Source: Oligoflexales bacterium
Lineage (GTDB): Bacteria > Bdellovibrionota_B > Oligoflexia > Oligoflexales > Bog-1112
Assembly: GCA_045105515.1 (NCBI GenBank)
Contig: JBGCDR010000152.1
Coordinates: 1-56,220, forward strand
Length of the DNA: 56,220 bases
Direction: 5' to 3'
Notes under the pieces: model-generated
Told to the model about the DNA's origin: nothing
Seen by the model: the letters and a program-made list of their open reading frames with translations, nothing else
Database searches by the model: none
Part shown: positions 28,170-38,927 of the stretch, piece by piece
How the letters are laid out: every line of letters begins with the position of its first letter
How positions within the stretch are numbered: the first letter of the stretch is position 1
Position numbers and translations under genes: made by a program

Positions 28170-28709
28170 CTAAGTGGTGCGATAAAGCCTGGCACTAAGA
28201 ATGCCAGCAAGCGCACCACATAAGTGACTTTCCCAAGAAATAAATTTTTGCCAAGGTGCCAATCCATATATGAGTGATCCATAAGCTAAAAGAATCAAGA
28301 TCGCTACTAAAATATACTTGAGTTTACGTTTAAACCAGGCCATGAATATCAAGTGACTCCAAAGACCAAAAACGACACCAGAAGCTCCGATATGAACACC
28401 GTGTCCTCCGATCAGCCAGGTCCCAAAGCCCCCTAAAACAGCTAAGAAAGCAAGCAGTCGCAACAAATGCTTACCTTCCAACAAGCAATAGAAAACGCCA
28501 AAAACGATCAACAGAAAACTATTGTTAAGCAAATGGGGTATATTGCCATGCAAAAAAGGCGCGCATATGATCCCATATAAACCTTGTGGCTCTCGAGGAA
28601 TAATTCCTAATGTTACAAGCGGAAAAAACAAACTGAAGCCATAAATTAGCCACATAAGCACTACAACCCGGACCAAAACTTTTAACTCTCGCCAAATACT
28701 TCTAAGCAT
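28170..28709 (-). CDS. Rhomboid family intramembrane serine protease
   Basis: PFLHG..HL..N, HIGASG, SWESHLCG. Confidence 0.9.
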   Translation of the reverse strand: MLRSIWRELKVLVRVVVLMWLIYGFSLFFPLVTLGIIPREPQGLYGIICAPFLHGNIPHLLNNSFLLIVFGVFYCLLEGKHLLRLLAFLAVLGGFGTWLIGGHGVHIGASGVVFGLWSHLIFMAWFKRKLKYILVAILILLAYGSLIYGLAPWQKFISWESHLCGALAGILSARLYRTT

Positions 28710-28874
28710 AACATCATCATCTCTTTGAAATGATTGGGATTATTTTCGCATTCCATGCAAGCCGTTCTCACGAATAAGTATCTGTGTCAAGGATTTTACA
28801 TGCAAGTTATATCTCTCTTGGGTTATGATGGCATCTGTGGCTAAGTTGCTGACAGGATACTCTGGCATTGAATC

Positions 28875-29270
28875 ATGATTGACCGCATAAAAAAAATATT
28901 AAGATACCAAGCCTATGAACTCCAAAACCGTATCTGGGAACGGCAAGAGCCAAAGCGTCAAGCAAGTGATGAATTCTTCAATAGCTGGAATACTAACCCT
29001 CCCCCAAATGAGGAAACTCATCAACGAGATGCTACTCAAGCCCCAGAAGACACCCTTGAAAGAGAATATTATGAGAATCTTGAGCTACCAATCAATGCTA
29101 GCTTTGATGAGATTAAGCTCAGCTACCGAAACTTAATTAAGAAATATCACCCTGATCGGTATCACTCGGACCCGAGTAAACAAGTACTTGCTGAGCAAAT
29201 CACGGCGAAACTCAACGCCGCATATCAATATTTTGAAAGCAAAAAAAACCAAAACAAGGGGAACTACTAA
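28875..29270 (+). CDS. J-domain (DnaJ-like) protein
   Basis: YYENLEL...IK.SYR.L.KKYHPDR...LNAAY (HPD motif). Confidence 0.88.
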   Translation: MIDRIKKILRYQAYELQNRIWERQEPKRQASDEFFNSWNTNPPPNEETHQRDATQAPEDTLEREYYENLELPINASFDEIKLSYRNLIKKYHPDRYHSDPSKQVLAEQITAKLNAAYQYFESKKNQNKGNY

Positions 29271-29680
29271 TGATGGAAGACTACAGTTTCAAGGTAAAAC
29301 AATTCCTTTTAGACATGGGTCTCACGATTGAAAAAGAAGACTCCTCGGAAGAATTGTTTATCGTAAGTGATCCTGAAAACGGCATACAAAACCTAGTAAT
29401 TGACTGCGAATACCCAGTACTTATTATCGAACAATTGATAGCTAAGCTTCCTGAAGCTGCTAAAAATAATCCCAATACGCTCAAATCATTTCTTCAAATG
29501 AATCGCAAACTAGTGCATGGGGCTTTCAGCCTCGATGACACTGGTGAGCACATTATTTTTCGCGACACCTTGCAATTGAAAAATTTAGACTTAAATGAAT
29601 TGGAAGGTTCTATTAATGCGCTCTCGCTGGGATTAGCAGAGCACGGAGAGCATATCATAGCCGCAGTTGAAGCTCATTAA
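29270..29680 (+). CDS. YbjN/CesT-like (T3SS chaperone fold) protein
   Basis: TAATG coupling; acidic 136 aa with LQMNRKLVHGAF.LD..G..IIFRDTLQLKNLDLNELEGSIN. Confidence 0.7.
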   Translation: MMEDYSFKVKQFLLDMGLTIEKEDSSEELFIVSDPENGIQNLVIDCEYPVLIIEQLIAKLPEAAKNNPNTLKSFLQMNRKLVHGAFSLDDTGEHIIFRDTLQLKNLDLNELEGSINALSLGLAEHGEHIIAAVEAH

Positions 29681-29713
29681 AACAAGCCCTCAAAACGACG
29701 GAGTAGAAACAAT

Positions 29714-30433
29714 ATGGTCGGTATATTCAAAAGATTGTTTAGAGTCGCAGAAGCGAAAACCCATGCAGCAATCGACTCCATGGAAGATCCAATCAAACTA
29801 ACTGAACAAGGGATTAGGGATCTAAAAAAGGATTTAGAAGCTAGTTTAAAAAGCCTAGCTGAAGCTAAAGCAGTCCTTATAAAAATGCGCAATGATGCGC
29901 AAGCCAATAAGGATCTAGCGGCATCATACGAAAACAAAGCTGTATTGCTTCTAAAAAAAGCCCAGTCCGGAAGCATAGATCAGTCCGAAGCTGATCGTCT
30001 AGCAAGCGCTGCGCTTGAGAAGAAAAATCAAATTATTGAGCAAAGCTCACCAGTGATGCAAAGCATAAGTCGCCAAGATGAGCAGACCAAAACTTTCGAG
30101 CTTAGGGTCAACGAACTCAAGAACAGTATTTCCAAGTGGGAAAACGAACTTACTACTTTAAAAGCAAGAGCAAAAGTAGCCGCAGCTTCAAAGAAACTGA
30201 ACAAGCAACTTGCTCAGGTTGATTCAAGCGGGACCATGGCATTACTTGAAAAAATGAAGCATAAAGTCTCAGAAGAGGAAGCTCTTGCAGAATCCTATGG
30301 AGATATGGCCAAGCTTCCTAATTCAGTTGATGATGAAATCAATAAAGCGCTGAATTCAACAGCAAACATTGAAAACCAGAAAAAAACTAATGATTCTCTC
30401 TCAGAACTTAAAGCACGGCTAAATATGCCGTAA
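29714..30433 (+). CDS. pspA: PspA/IM30 (bacterial ESCRT-III) family protein
   Basis: GIFKRLF amphipathic N-terminus, EDPIKLTEQGIRDL, LKARAKVA, L.ELKARL. Confidence 0.9.
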   Translation: MVGIFKRLFRVAEAKTHAAIDSMEDPIKLTEQGIRDLKKDLEASLKSLAEAKAVLIKMRNDAQANKDLAASYENKAVLLLKKAQSGSIDQSEADRLASAALEKKNQIIEQSSPVMQSISRQDEQTKTFELRVNELKNSISKWENELTTLKARAKVAAASKKLNKQLAQVDSSGTMALLEKMKHKVSEEEALAESYGDMAKLPNSVDDEINKALNSTANIENQKKTNDSLSELKARLNMP

Positions 30434-30488
30434 AATATAGGCATTCAATCTTTCGAATGCTAAAAAATCCATCGGAGGTAAATTAAAC

Positions 30489-31151
30489 ATGGCTTTTGGT
30501 CTGATTATGCTGGCGCTATCTTGCATGTGCGCCTACTTTTACTTCTACCATATGAGGGGCAAACTCGACCCACAATTAGCAGCGGGAAGAGATCAAAGGC
30601 TAGAAGAAAAAGCCGCCGTTATGCGAGCTAAAGTTAATGCATCGAGACCGAGAACTTTGACTTATGCTCACCCAGGCAGTTTTGTGAAGCTCCGCGACGT
30701 TGGTTTATTGATGCTAAACATTGATGGAACAATCAGAGAGAAACACATTTATAAAAGCGGAATACAAAGATGGCATGAACTAATCTTAGATCAAGGAAGC
30801 ACTACTTATTCTATCAGTACCATTCCTAGAGATGAAACTTCGGTATTAGTTAGCTTAAAGCATCCAACATTCTCAGAACTGGGTACAGATGAGTCTGACT
30901 TCAACCGAATTCGAGAAGGTGATGAAAAGAGTTTGAGCTATGAGGGCACCAACTTTAGTATGGAGCATAGTGCATCGCATTCCTACTGCCCTAATTCAAA
31001 CGAGCTGGAAGGTGAACCGTGCCTCATCTGGAATTTTGCAGATGAGTCTAAGTCTTTGTATATATCGATAGTTAGATGGCAGAATAGTAATTTCTCAATC
31101 CACTACAAAGTTCGAGTTCCCTATTCCCAAATAGAAATACTCTCCGTTTAA
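30489..31151 (+). CDS. Membrane-anchored DUF4178/DUF2491-like beta-rich protein
   Basis: N-terminal TM; W.EL.L, LSYEGTNF, IWNF.D...LYISIVRW pattern; follows pspA. Confidence 0.55.
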   Translation: MAFGLIMLALSCMCAYFYFYHMRGKLDPQLAAGRDQRLEEKAAVMRAKVNASRPRTLTYAHPGSFVKLRDVGLLMLNIDGTIREKHIYKSGIQRWHELILDQGSTTYSISTIPRDETSVLVSLKHPTFSELGTDESDFNRIREGDEKSLSYEGTNFSMEHSASHSYCPNSNELEGEPCLIWNFADESKSLYISIVRWQNSNFSIHYKVRVPYSQIEILSV

Positions 31152-31182
31152 AAATTCATCGTCAGTTATGCTGGAGCCTCAA

Positions 31183-32043
31183 ATGAAAGAAAAGTTTTTT
31201 CCCTATATCATCATTCTTATGTTTGCTATCTCTTTTTATAGCATTTTTAAATCTTTGACTGATGATGGATCTCCTGAGAGAGATAAGAATTACAATGTTA
31301 ATATTACCCAGATGATAACTGCTGAGCAGGGCCTGAACTTAAAAGCGGTTGGAGAGCTTTTAAAGAAGGCAAAAGATGCTGCTGAGTTTGAAAAGCTCTT
31401 GAACGATCCTAATTCAGGTGTGAATAACCTAGACCTGAATGGGGATGGAAAAGTTGATTACATCAAGGTCACAGAATTCGGAGAGGATAAAATCCGAGGC
31501 TTCTCCTTGACAACAGAACCAAGCAAGGGTGAGGAACAGGAAATTGCGACCATAAAAATAGAAAAAGCCGATGAGCAGGGTAATGCTGTAGTCGAAACAA
31601 AGGGAAATCCACAAATATATGGATCTAATCACTACTACCAATCAAGTTGGAGTGGAATTGGCACGGGCCTTATGCTAGGGTATCTATTTGGTAGTCACAG
31701 ATCCTATACCTCTCCGTTTTCCTATGGGAACTACCCCTACTCTTATAGCCCCTACAGAACTGTTCCAAATGATACTTATGCTCGCAGAACAGGCCGTATG
31801 ATTCCAGATGGGTCTTATAAACAAGCTAGAACTGGTCGCTATGAGCATATCAATTCTCCTAACTCAGGAAAAACTGCGTCATCCATAAAGACTCCATTGA
31901 AAAATCCCAGCCGATCGCAAAAGTCCTTTCAAACCAGACAGGTTAAACGTAAAAAAAGCCCTGTATTTGGAAGGAAAAAGTATACACCTAGGCGAAAGCC
32001 CATGAGAAGTAGAGGTTTTGGTGGTGGAAGAAGGAGGCGTTGA
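31183..32043 (+). CDS. Membrane protein with DxNxDG Ca-binding motif, Tyr/Ser-rich segment and basic RG-rich tail
   Basis: N-terminal TM; NNLDLNGDGKVDYI; GTGLMLGYLFG; ends SRGFGGGRRRR; GGAG RBS (alternative start 31168). Confidence 0.7.
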   Translation: MKEKFFPYIIILMFAISFYSIFKSLTDDGSPERDKNYNVNITQMITAEQGLNLKAVGELLKKAKDAAEFEKLLNDPNSGVNNLDLNGDGKVDYIKVTEFGEDKIRGFSLTTEPSKGEEQEIATIKIEKADEQGNAVVETKGNPQIYGSNHYYQSSWSGIGTGLMLGYLFGSHRSYTSPFSYGNYPYSYSPYRTVPNDTYARRTGRMIPDGSYKQARTGRYEHINSPNSGKTASSIKTPLKNPSRSQKSFQTRQVKRKKSPVFGRKKYTPRRKPMRSRGFGGGRRRR

Positions 32044-32708
32044 TGAATAGTGAGAATAGTTTCTTCATAAGCGAAGAATTAAAACAACAATATGCGGGTT
32101 TATTTCTTCTCTACGAGATGGATAAACCTCTTCATGAAAAACCTAAATTTCAAGTGGACCTTACTGACGATTTAGGCATATTAGAACCCGTTTTTGCTTG
32201 GCTGCTTGAAAAGGAATATGTAAACATTTCTTCTAAGTACCTTTATGAAATTACGGAAAAAGGTAAGGATATCCTTGAACAGTTTAAAAAGCGCTACGAA
32301 TTATTTTTAAAAGAGTTTGATGTTTTTTGTGCAGTTGATTTAGAAGAGGGTGATTTCGCTTTTCGTTACTATCATGAGTTTGACAGTGAGCACGATTGGC
32401 AAGAATTTCTTCACGAGGATCGCTGGGATGACCTAAGAATTGCTGTGGCAGAGTACAAAGGTTGGGACTTTATAGAAATCATATTTATGAGCTTCCTGAG
32501 CGAAGGAAGATTTGGAAAAGGACTAGACGGTAAATTCTCCCATGATCACCTATTCGGGTCCATATGGGATGAAATTCACAGGATTGCCACAACTTCTATA
32601 CGGATGAAATCACTTGCATATGAAGATTCAGGCGAACTTATATCAGGCAATGACGTTGTAAGTGATATGATTAGCCAGGGTAAAGAACTATTAGCAGAGT
32701 TGCAGTAA
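32043..32708 (+). CDS. Hypothetical acidic protein (possible winged-helix N-terminus)
   Basis: TGATG coupling to the previous gene; YEITEKG wing-like motif. Confidence 0.7.
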   Translation: MNSENSFFISEELKQQYAGLFLLYEMDKPLHEKPKFQVDLTDDLGILEPVFAWLLEKEYVNISSKYLYEITEKGKDILEQFKKRYELFLKEFDVFCAVDLEEGDFAFRYYHEFDSEHDWQEFLHEDRWDDLRIAVAEYKGWDFIEIIFMSFLSEGRFGKGLDGKFSHDHLFGSIWDEIHRIATTSIRMKSLAYEDSGELISGNDVVSDMISQGKELLAELQ

Positions 32709-32715
32709 GTCTCAC

Positions 32716-34104
32716 TTACGGCTCAACAAGAGGCTCCAAGATCCAGAAAAGGCTATTTTTGAAAAGACTTTTTCTGTTTTCCAAGGAAGCTGGAGCATTT
32801 GTCACGCCCCCCAAGAGTAAAAAGGTCTGGGTCACTACCGGAGGATTGTTTTGATCTCCATCATATGCAATCAAAGCAGTACTGCCTCCAGTGCGTGTAG
32901 CTAAAACCTGTTCACCCTCTCCAATAGGCATAACTTCTTCGTCAGGATCTAGGTTATAAGAAAAATTTTGCACATCCCCGTAAGGACCATCCACAATTGG
33001 ATGAATTGGTCCGTTAATTTCTATACCTACTATCGAGCTTCCATTAACCGACGAGGCCTCTAAATGACAAAGTTGAGAGAACTGGGATTGCTTTTCAGGG
33101 CTTAAATTCTGATTTATTGAATATGCAATATCATCACCTATAAAATATAAAGGAACGCCTGATTCATAAAGGGAGGTAAAAATCTCAACCGTAGCATCGT
33201 TTAGCCCACCAATTTGATAAGAATGGTCCATCCAAATCGCTAAAGCTGCAGACTTTGCAGATTCTATATCAAATTGAGCTTGCACCACAGTTTCTATTTC
33301 TAGTGTTAGGCCTAAAATACTATCAGCATTGAGCTCGTCGATATAATCTTGGAGCTTAGTAGTCTCTAATACCCTATTGATACTTGCGCTGTTTCCTTCG
33401 TTTTGTATGAGTAGAATGCGATAATTACCCCCTACACTTTTGCTTACATTCGAGAATGTAAGACTTTGAGCTTGAACCTGTTCAAGCTCTGGCTCCGGAA
33501 CCTGACTTTGTAAATCGTCATTAGGAATTTGCTCTGGTTCGGTGTCCTGAATCGCAGTGGTAGTTTGGGCTAATTTTTCTGTAATGATGAGGGGTTTTCC
33601 TATATTTTCCATCATCTTTTCCCCACTCACCTCATAGGTTAAGGCTTGGACTTCATCTTCCACACTTTTAAGAATAAAAATTATTTTGAAATCTACCGGA
33701 GGAGCATCAAGCTTAAAGACATGAGTATTTGCACGAAGCTCAGGGCTCATAGATTCCATTGCAGGATCTTCACCTGCTCCAGCGAGACGAGCGTTGAGAA
33801 TCAATTTATTTGGATCGATTAGTTGATCATTATAATCCTTAACTTGGCAGCCTATTTCAAGAATTTCAGGATCCATTACGCAGCTTAAATAAGCCCCAGA
33901 AATCACTGAAGGAGGAATGGCAGTGATTTCTTCTTCTTCTTCAGAATCTTCTTCACTGATCACATTCGGGTTTTCATCAGCTTCACTGTTTTCCTCTAAA
34001 TTTGAGCTGTTAGCCCTGGTCGTTTGAATGGCGCCAAAATCTGACTGGCTTGAGCAAGCAGAAAGTAAATATGCTAGCAGGATATGCTTAATCGCTGTTC
34101 CCAT
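32716..34104 (-). CDS. Hypothetical lipoprotein
   Basis: Lipobox LLSAC; acidic linker; PPSVISGAYLSC motif. Confidence 0.7.
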   Translation of the reverse strand: MGTAIKHILLAYLLSACSSQSDFGAIQTTRANSSNLEENSEADENPNVISEEDSEEEEEITAIPPSVISGAYLSCVMDPEILEIGCQVKDYNDQLIDPNKLILNARLAGAGEDPAMESMSPELRANTHVFKLDAPPVDFKIIFILKSVEDEVQALTYEVSGEKMMENIGKPLIITEKLAQTTTAIQDTEPEQIPNDDLQSQVPEPELEQVQAQSLTFSNVSKSVGGNYRILLIQNEGNSASINRVLETTKLQDYIDELNADSILGLTLEIETVVQAQFDIESAKSAALAIWMDHSYQIGGLNDATVEIFTSLYESGVPLYFIGDDIAYSINQNLSPEKQSQFSQLCHLEASSVNGSSIVGIEINGPIHPIVDGPYGDVQNFSYNLDPDEEVMPIGEGEQVLATRTGGSTALIAYDGDQNNPPVVTQTFLLLGGVTNAPASLENRKSLFKNSLFWILEPLVEP

Positions 34105-34235
34105 GTATCAGTTCCTTTTCGGCGGTTTTTCCCGTCAAGTCCGAGATCGGCCCTTATATACAAAAGAACAAGGTAGTTTATAAATATCAATAATAACGAA
34201 TAGTTAAAGAGATCAAAAAAGCTTACCTAAAAGTT

Positions 34236-35090
34236 TCAATTGCCATCCAATGAGAGAAATTTCCAATGGAACTTATGAGAATCGGTATTATTGATGATAG
34301 TGAGAAAAGGATAGAGAATGGATTTTGGCTTAAAACCTATAGCCAAACCAGCTTCCTTAAGCATCGGTAAGTCATTAGCACCATCTCCTAATGCTAAGAC
34401 CTCGCTTGAAGATATGGACAAGTCTTTGCATCGCTTCAAAAGCCAAGCTCGTTTTTCCTCAGCATCAACAATGGTTTCTAGCAGCCTACCGGACAACTTC
34501 TGATCTTTAAATTCGAGCTTATTAGTATGTACGTATTTTACGTTAAGTTTTTTTGCAAGAATACTCAGCATTTGAATAAATCCGCCAGAGACCATATGAA
34601 ATTCTATTCGCTGTTCCTGACACCACTGCACAAAAGAATGCGCTTGAGGATAGGGTTCGATCGCATCAGCAATTTTTTGAACTTCAGTAAATTCTAAACC
34701 TACAAGCAAGCGTAGCCTGGTCTCAAGTGCTTGTTTAAAGTCGAGCTTACCTAGCATCGCTAATTCCGTGATTTTGTGAACTTCCTTCAAGCAACCCTTA
34801 GCTTCTGCAAGCTTTTCTATGGATTCACATGGAATTAAAGTCGCATCAACATCAGAAAATACAGCTTTCGGTAAAAAACCCTTTGGTTTAATCCCCATGC
34901 TAATTTGTGGGGTCCATTGCGCACGTAAACTAGTCATTAAGTCGTCATAGTCTTTGCCAGAATTTAAGCTGAGTTCGCAATATCGCCAATCAGCATATTG
35001 TTCCCAACTTACCTTCCATGGAGACAATAAGGATTCACCATTTCTACATGACATTACGAGGTATTTAGCCATCAGATGTGCATTCCTCAT
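34236..35090 (-). CDS. serB: Phosphoserine phosphatase
   Basis: SDVDATLIPCE, ITE.AM.G.LDF, VSGGF, GDGANDLPM. Confidence 0.9.
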   Translation of the reverse strand: MRNAHLMAKYLVMSCRNGESLLSPWKVSWEQYADWRYCELSLNSGKDYDDLMTSLRAQWTPQISMGIKPKGFLPKAVFSDVDATLIPCESIEKLAEAKGCLKEVHKITELAMLGKLDFKQALETRLRLLVGLEFTEVQKIADAIEPYPQAHSFVQWCQEQRIEFHMVSGGFIQMLSILAKKLNVKYVHTNKLEFKDQKLSGRLLETIVDAEEKRAWLLKRCKDLSISSSEVLALGDGANDLPMLKEAGLAIGFKPKSILYPFLTIINNTDSHKFHWKFLSLDGN

Positions 35091-35313
35091 TGATTACATC
35101 AAGAAAACTGTTTGTTAGAGCTAAAATAGTATGATCCAAAAGCTCATCTGGTATATAAGACTAACATTGCAGCCAACTGCAAGTAAACCTATACGAAGCA
35201 ACTTAGCCGAACCTGGAATTTGAGTGAAGCATCATTTTAATCTTATTTATTTTTTCGCAAGAGCTTTACCTAATTTTGAAGCAAAGAGAGATTACCATAA
35301 GGACTAGGGCATA

Positions 35314-37350
35314 GTGACGAACAAAAGACGCATTCTGATTACATCGGCTCTACCATATGCAAATGGTGACATTCACATTGGACATATGGTCGAACACCTC
35401 ATCACAGACTTTTGGTCTCGTTTCCAAAAAATGCGTGGACACGAATGTCTAGCCGTTTGTGCCGATGATACCCATGGTGCTCCCATTATGGTTGAAGCCA
35501 GGCGCTTAGGCATAAAACCTGAAGAACAGATTGCTTCAATGCACGAAAAACACATCCAAGATTTTGCTGATTTCGATGTAATTTATGACAACTATCATAC
35601 AACCCACTCACCTTTAAATAGGGAGTTGTGTGAAGAATTTTATCTAAAGCTAAGAGACAACGGACACATTGAAAGACGCTCCATCAAGCAGACCTATTGT
35701 GAGCACGATAAGATGTTCCTCCCGGATCGTTTCGTGAAAGGATCTTGCCCGAAATGCGGTGCAAGTGAGCAATATGGTGACAGCTGTGATTCATGTGGAT
35801 CAGTGTATCACCCAGTTGAAATGAAAGATGCTCGCTGTACAATATGTGGAAATCGCCCGATTGAAAAAGAATCTGAGCACCATTTCTGCCGTTTGAGCAA
35901 CTTCTCAGACTTCTTAAAAGAGTGGGTTCCAAAGCATACATCTGCAGGAGTAGCAAAAAAACTATCCGAGTGGCTTGACAACGAATTGCAAGACTGGTGC
36001 CTTACGAGAGATGAACCTTATTTTGGCTTTGAAGTGCCCGACGCCAAGGGCAAATACTACTATGTCTGGTTTGATGCGCCTATAGGTTACATCGCATCGA
36101 CCTGGGACTGGTGCAAAAAAAATAATCGTAGCTTAGATGATTTCTGGCGTAACGAGCAAACTGAGATTTACCACAACATAGGTAAAGACATCATCTATTT
36201 TCATTCCCTATTTTGGCCTGTCATGTTAAAAAACGCAGGTTATAACACTCCCAGAGAAATCTTTGTTCATGGCATGCTGACCGTCAATGGTGAGAAGCTA
36301 TCGAAATCGAAAGGCACATTCATCAACGCAAGAACTTACCTGAACCATCTTGATCCATCTTATCTCAGATACTACATGGCGTGTAAATTGAATGCTAGCA
36401 TATCAGACTTAGACCTCAATTGGGATGACTTCCTCACTCGAGTAAATTCAGACTTGATCGGCAAAATCACCAACATCGCTTCACGCGGTGCACAAATGTT
36501 GCAAAAAAGACTCGATGGAAAAATCGGGGTGGTTCCAAAAGTTGGTAGAGAGCTTATCGTCAAAGCCCAGGAAAAGTCTGATATAATTGCTAAATTGTAC
36601 GAAGAAAGACAATTTGCGAAAGCAATCCTTGAAATTCGTAATATCGCTGATCAAGCAAATAAATATTTTGATGAAATGACTCCATGGAAACTTATTAAGG
36701 AAGATCCAGAAGCTACCAAAGGAGTATTAAACACAATCCTTAATCTATTTCGTATTCTTAGCATTTATCTTAAACCAATTCTCCCGAGCTACGTAAAGAA
36801 AGTAGAAGATTTATTTGGTGAGGATCCTTATGTTTGGAATGATGCTAAAAAAATCATTGAGAACCGAACTTTAAACTCCTTTTCACATCTGTTGCAGCGA
36901 GTCGATGCTAAAAAAATTAACGCAATCACTGAAGATTCCAAAGCTGAGCAAGATAAACGCAAAACCAATTCCATCAAGACTGAAAGCAATGAAGAGTCCG
37001 TTGATGAATCTCCCATAGAAGCAGAAATAGAGATTCAAGATTTTGCTAAAATTGACCTAAGAGTAGCAAAAGTAAGTAAAGCTGAAAGTATCCCAAAAGC
37101 TTCTAAACTCCTCAAACTAGAGTTAGATCTTGGTCCAATTGGTAAGCGTACTGTTTTTGCGGGGATTAAATCTGCCTATGAGGCTGCAGACCTAGAAGGC
37201 TCACTGGTCGTCGTCGTAGCAAATCTAAAAGCTCGGAAAATGAAATTTGGAACCAGTGAGGGAATGGTGCTTGCAGCAGGCCCAGGTGGAAAAGACATCT
37301 GGCTTATCAATCCTCAGACAGGAGCAAAACCAGGAATGAGGATAAATTAG
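35314..37350 (+). CDS. metG: Methionyl-tRNA synthetase with C-terminal tRNA-binding domain
   Basis: TSALPYANG.IHIGH, Zn knuckle, YVWFDAPIGY, KLSKS, DLRV...SEGM. Confidence 0.97.
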   Translation: MTNKRRILITSALPYANGDIHIGHMVEHLITDFWSRFQKMRGHECLAVCADDTHGAPIMVEARRLGIKPEEQIASMHEKHIQDFADFDVIYDNYHTTHSPLNRELCEEFYLKLRDNGHIERRSIKQTYCEHDKMFLPDRFVKGSCPKCGASEQYGDSCDSCGSVYHPVEMKDARCTICGNRPIEKESEHHFCRLSNFSDFLKEWVPKHTSAGVAKKLSEWLDNELQDWCLTRDEPYFGFEVPDAKGKYYYVWFDAPIGYIASTWDWCKKNNRSLDDFWRNEQTEIYHNIGKDIIYFHSLFWPVMLKNAGYNTPREIFVHGMLTVNGEKLSKSKGTFINARTYLNHLDPSYLRYYMACKLNASISDLDLNWDDFLTRVNSDLIGKITNIASRGAQMLQKRLDGKIGVVPKVGRELIVKAQEKSDIIAKLYEERQFAKAILEIRNIADQANKYFDEMTPWKLIKEDPEATKGVLNTILNLFRILSIYLKPILPSYVKKVEDLFGEDPYVWNDAKKIIENRTLNSFSHLLQRVDAKKINAITEDSKAEQDKRKTNSIKTESNEESVDESPIEAEIEIQDFAKIDLRVAKVSKAESIPKASKLLKLELDLGPIGKRTVFAGIKSAYEAADLEGSLVVVVANLKARKMKFGTSEGMVLAAGPGGKDIWLINPQTGAKPGMRIN

Positions 37351-37353
37351 GTA

Positions 37354-38187
37354 GTGCAAAAATCATATTCCCTGGAAGAGCTGCAATCTAAGCAGTTCAA
37401 TGACCTATCATGTGAAAATTCTAGGATATTCCTCCTTAGCTTGATCCATCACTTAGAAGATTCGTGGGATAATGAGCCACTTCGCTTGCAACTAATTCAA
37501 CTGTTTTTGAGCTGCCTACAATCATCTCTTCTTCCAAAGTCTTTAGAAAAGCATGACCTTAAGACGTTAGTTTCAGCACTACATACCAAGCTAAGCCTCA
37601 AACAATTCCTAAGCTTTGCAGTGCCTCTAGAAAGGAGCTTGGGAGGCCATCTTAGCGAACACCTTTATGTGATTGATTCACAAGATAGATCTAAACAAAA
37701 AAGTAGAAAGAATGGCTCCACCCCCCTATTTATAATTGCCGATAACCTTAGGTCTGCTTTCAATATCGGATCAATTTTTCGAACCGGAGAATGCTTGGGG
37801 GCTGAGCATATATATCTTTGCGGATACACAGCAGACCCTGAAAAACCGAGAACCAAAAAATCTGCGATGGGCACAGAAGACTTGGTAGCTTGGTCCTGGC
37901 AAGCCAAAGCTAGCAATGCCATCAGATCTTTACAGAAAAAAAACATCAAATGTGTTGCCCTAGAAACTGCTTTTCCAAGCACTTCCATGTTTGAATTCAC
38001 ATTCCCAAAAAATTGTGCGCTTTTACTTGGTAATGAACGTTACGGGTTGGGTGCAGAGCTATTAGACTTGTGTGATCATACCATTCACATCCCCGTTTAT
38101 GGTCAGAAAAATTCCCTCAATGTGGGAGTTGCACTGGCAATTGCTGGGTACGAATATAAAAGACAGCACCAGCTTACAAAGTATTGA
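37354..38187 (+). CDS. TrmH/SpoU family RNA methyltransferase with N-terminal extension
   Basis: DNLRSAFNIGSIFRT, LGNERYG, SLNVGVA. Confidence 0.85.
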   Translation: MQKSYSLEELQSKQFNDLSCENSRIFLLSLIHHLEDSWDNEPLRLQLIQLFLSCLQSSLLPKSLEKHDLKTLVSALHTKLSLKQFLSFAVPLERSLGGHLSEHLYVIDSQDRSKQKSRKNGSTPLFIIADNLRSAFNIGSIFRTGECLGAEHIYLCGYTADPEKPRTKKSAMGTEDLVAWSWQAKASNAIRSLQKKNIKCVALETAFPSTSMFEFTFPKNCALLLGNERYGLGAELLDLCDHTIHIPVYGQKNSLNVGVALAIAGYEYKRQHQLTKY

Positions 38188-38724
38188 CTAGCGTTTCTCA
38201 AGGTAGTTTACCAACTCTTTTGGTACAGAACGAATTTGTTGCTCCACTTTCGAGTCGGTCAGCTCGTCTTGATCATTAAAGTGATTGTGCACCTCAGCAA
38301 CAGATATTGATCCAGGTAAAACCAACGATCCAAGATGGGAGCACACACCTTTAAGATGCTCCAAAGCTTTCACGGCTCCAATTGCTCCACTAGCAACTCC
38401 TAGGAGTGATATTGGTTTTCCTGCAAGAGCAGAAGGGTAACCCAAATTCTCAATAACGGCCATCAGCACGTAAGAAAAGCAACCATTGTACTCTGGGGTA
38501 CACATTATCACCCCATCAGCATTTTTTACCTGATTAGCAAGGTCTTCTCTAATCTCATCAGAAAATGGCTCTCCAAGAGCAGGAACTTTAAATCCTGTTG
38601 GATCAATGACATCAACTTTATACCCACAGCCATGTAGCTCATCTAAGATTACCTTCATTGCTCTTTTAGTCATACTTCCTGGTCTTACACTGCCACAAAT
38701 GACCACTATTCGAAGATCAGACAT
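38188..38724 (-). CDS. NADPH-dependent FMN reductase
   Basis: GSVRPGS, ADG....TPEYNG, GKP, GAIGA. Confidence 0.88.
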   Translation of the reverse strand: MSDLRIVVICGSVRPGSMTKRAMKVILDELHGCGYKVDVIDPTGFKVPALGEPFSDEIREDLANQVKNADGVIMCTPEYNGCFSYVLMAVIENLGYPSALAGKPISLLGVASGAIGAVKALEHLKGVCSHLGSLVLPGSISVAEVHNHFNDQDELTDSKVEQQIRSVPKELVNYLEKR

Positions 38725-38927
38725 CCATTGCTCCTCGCTGCCTATTTTTTAGATAGGTTTTTTGATTTCATGATCGCTTATAATAGCATATACGTTAGCG
38801 CAAGGTAGGATAAGGTGATGGCTGGAATGCACAAGATTCACGAAAAAATAAAATCGCTAGCATTCTTTAATGCTATAGATTGTGAACATCCCACCAAAAT
38901 CCCAGGCAGTACATCATTAGGTAACTG

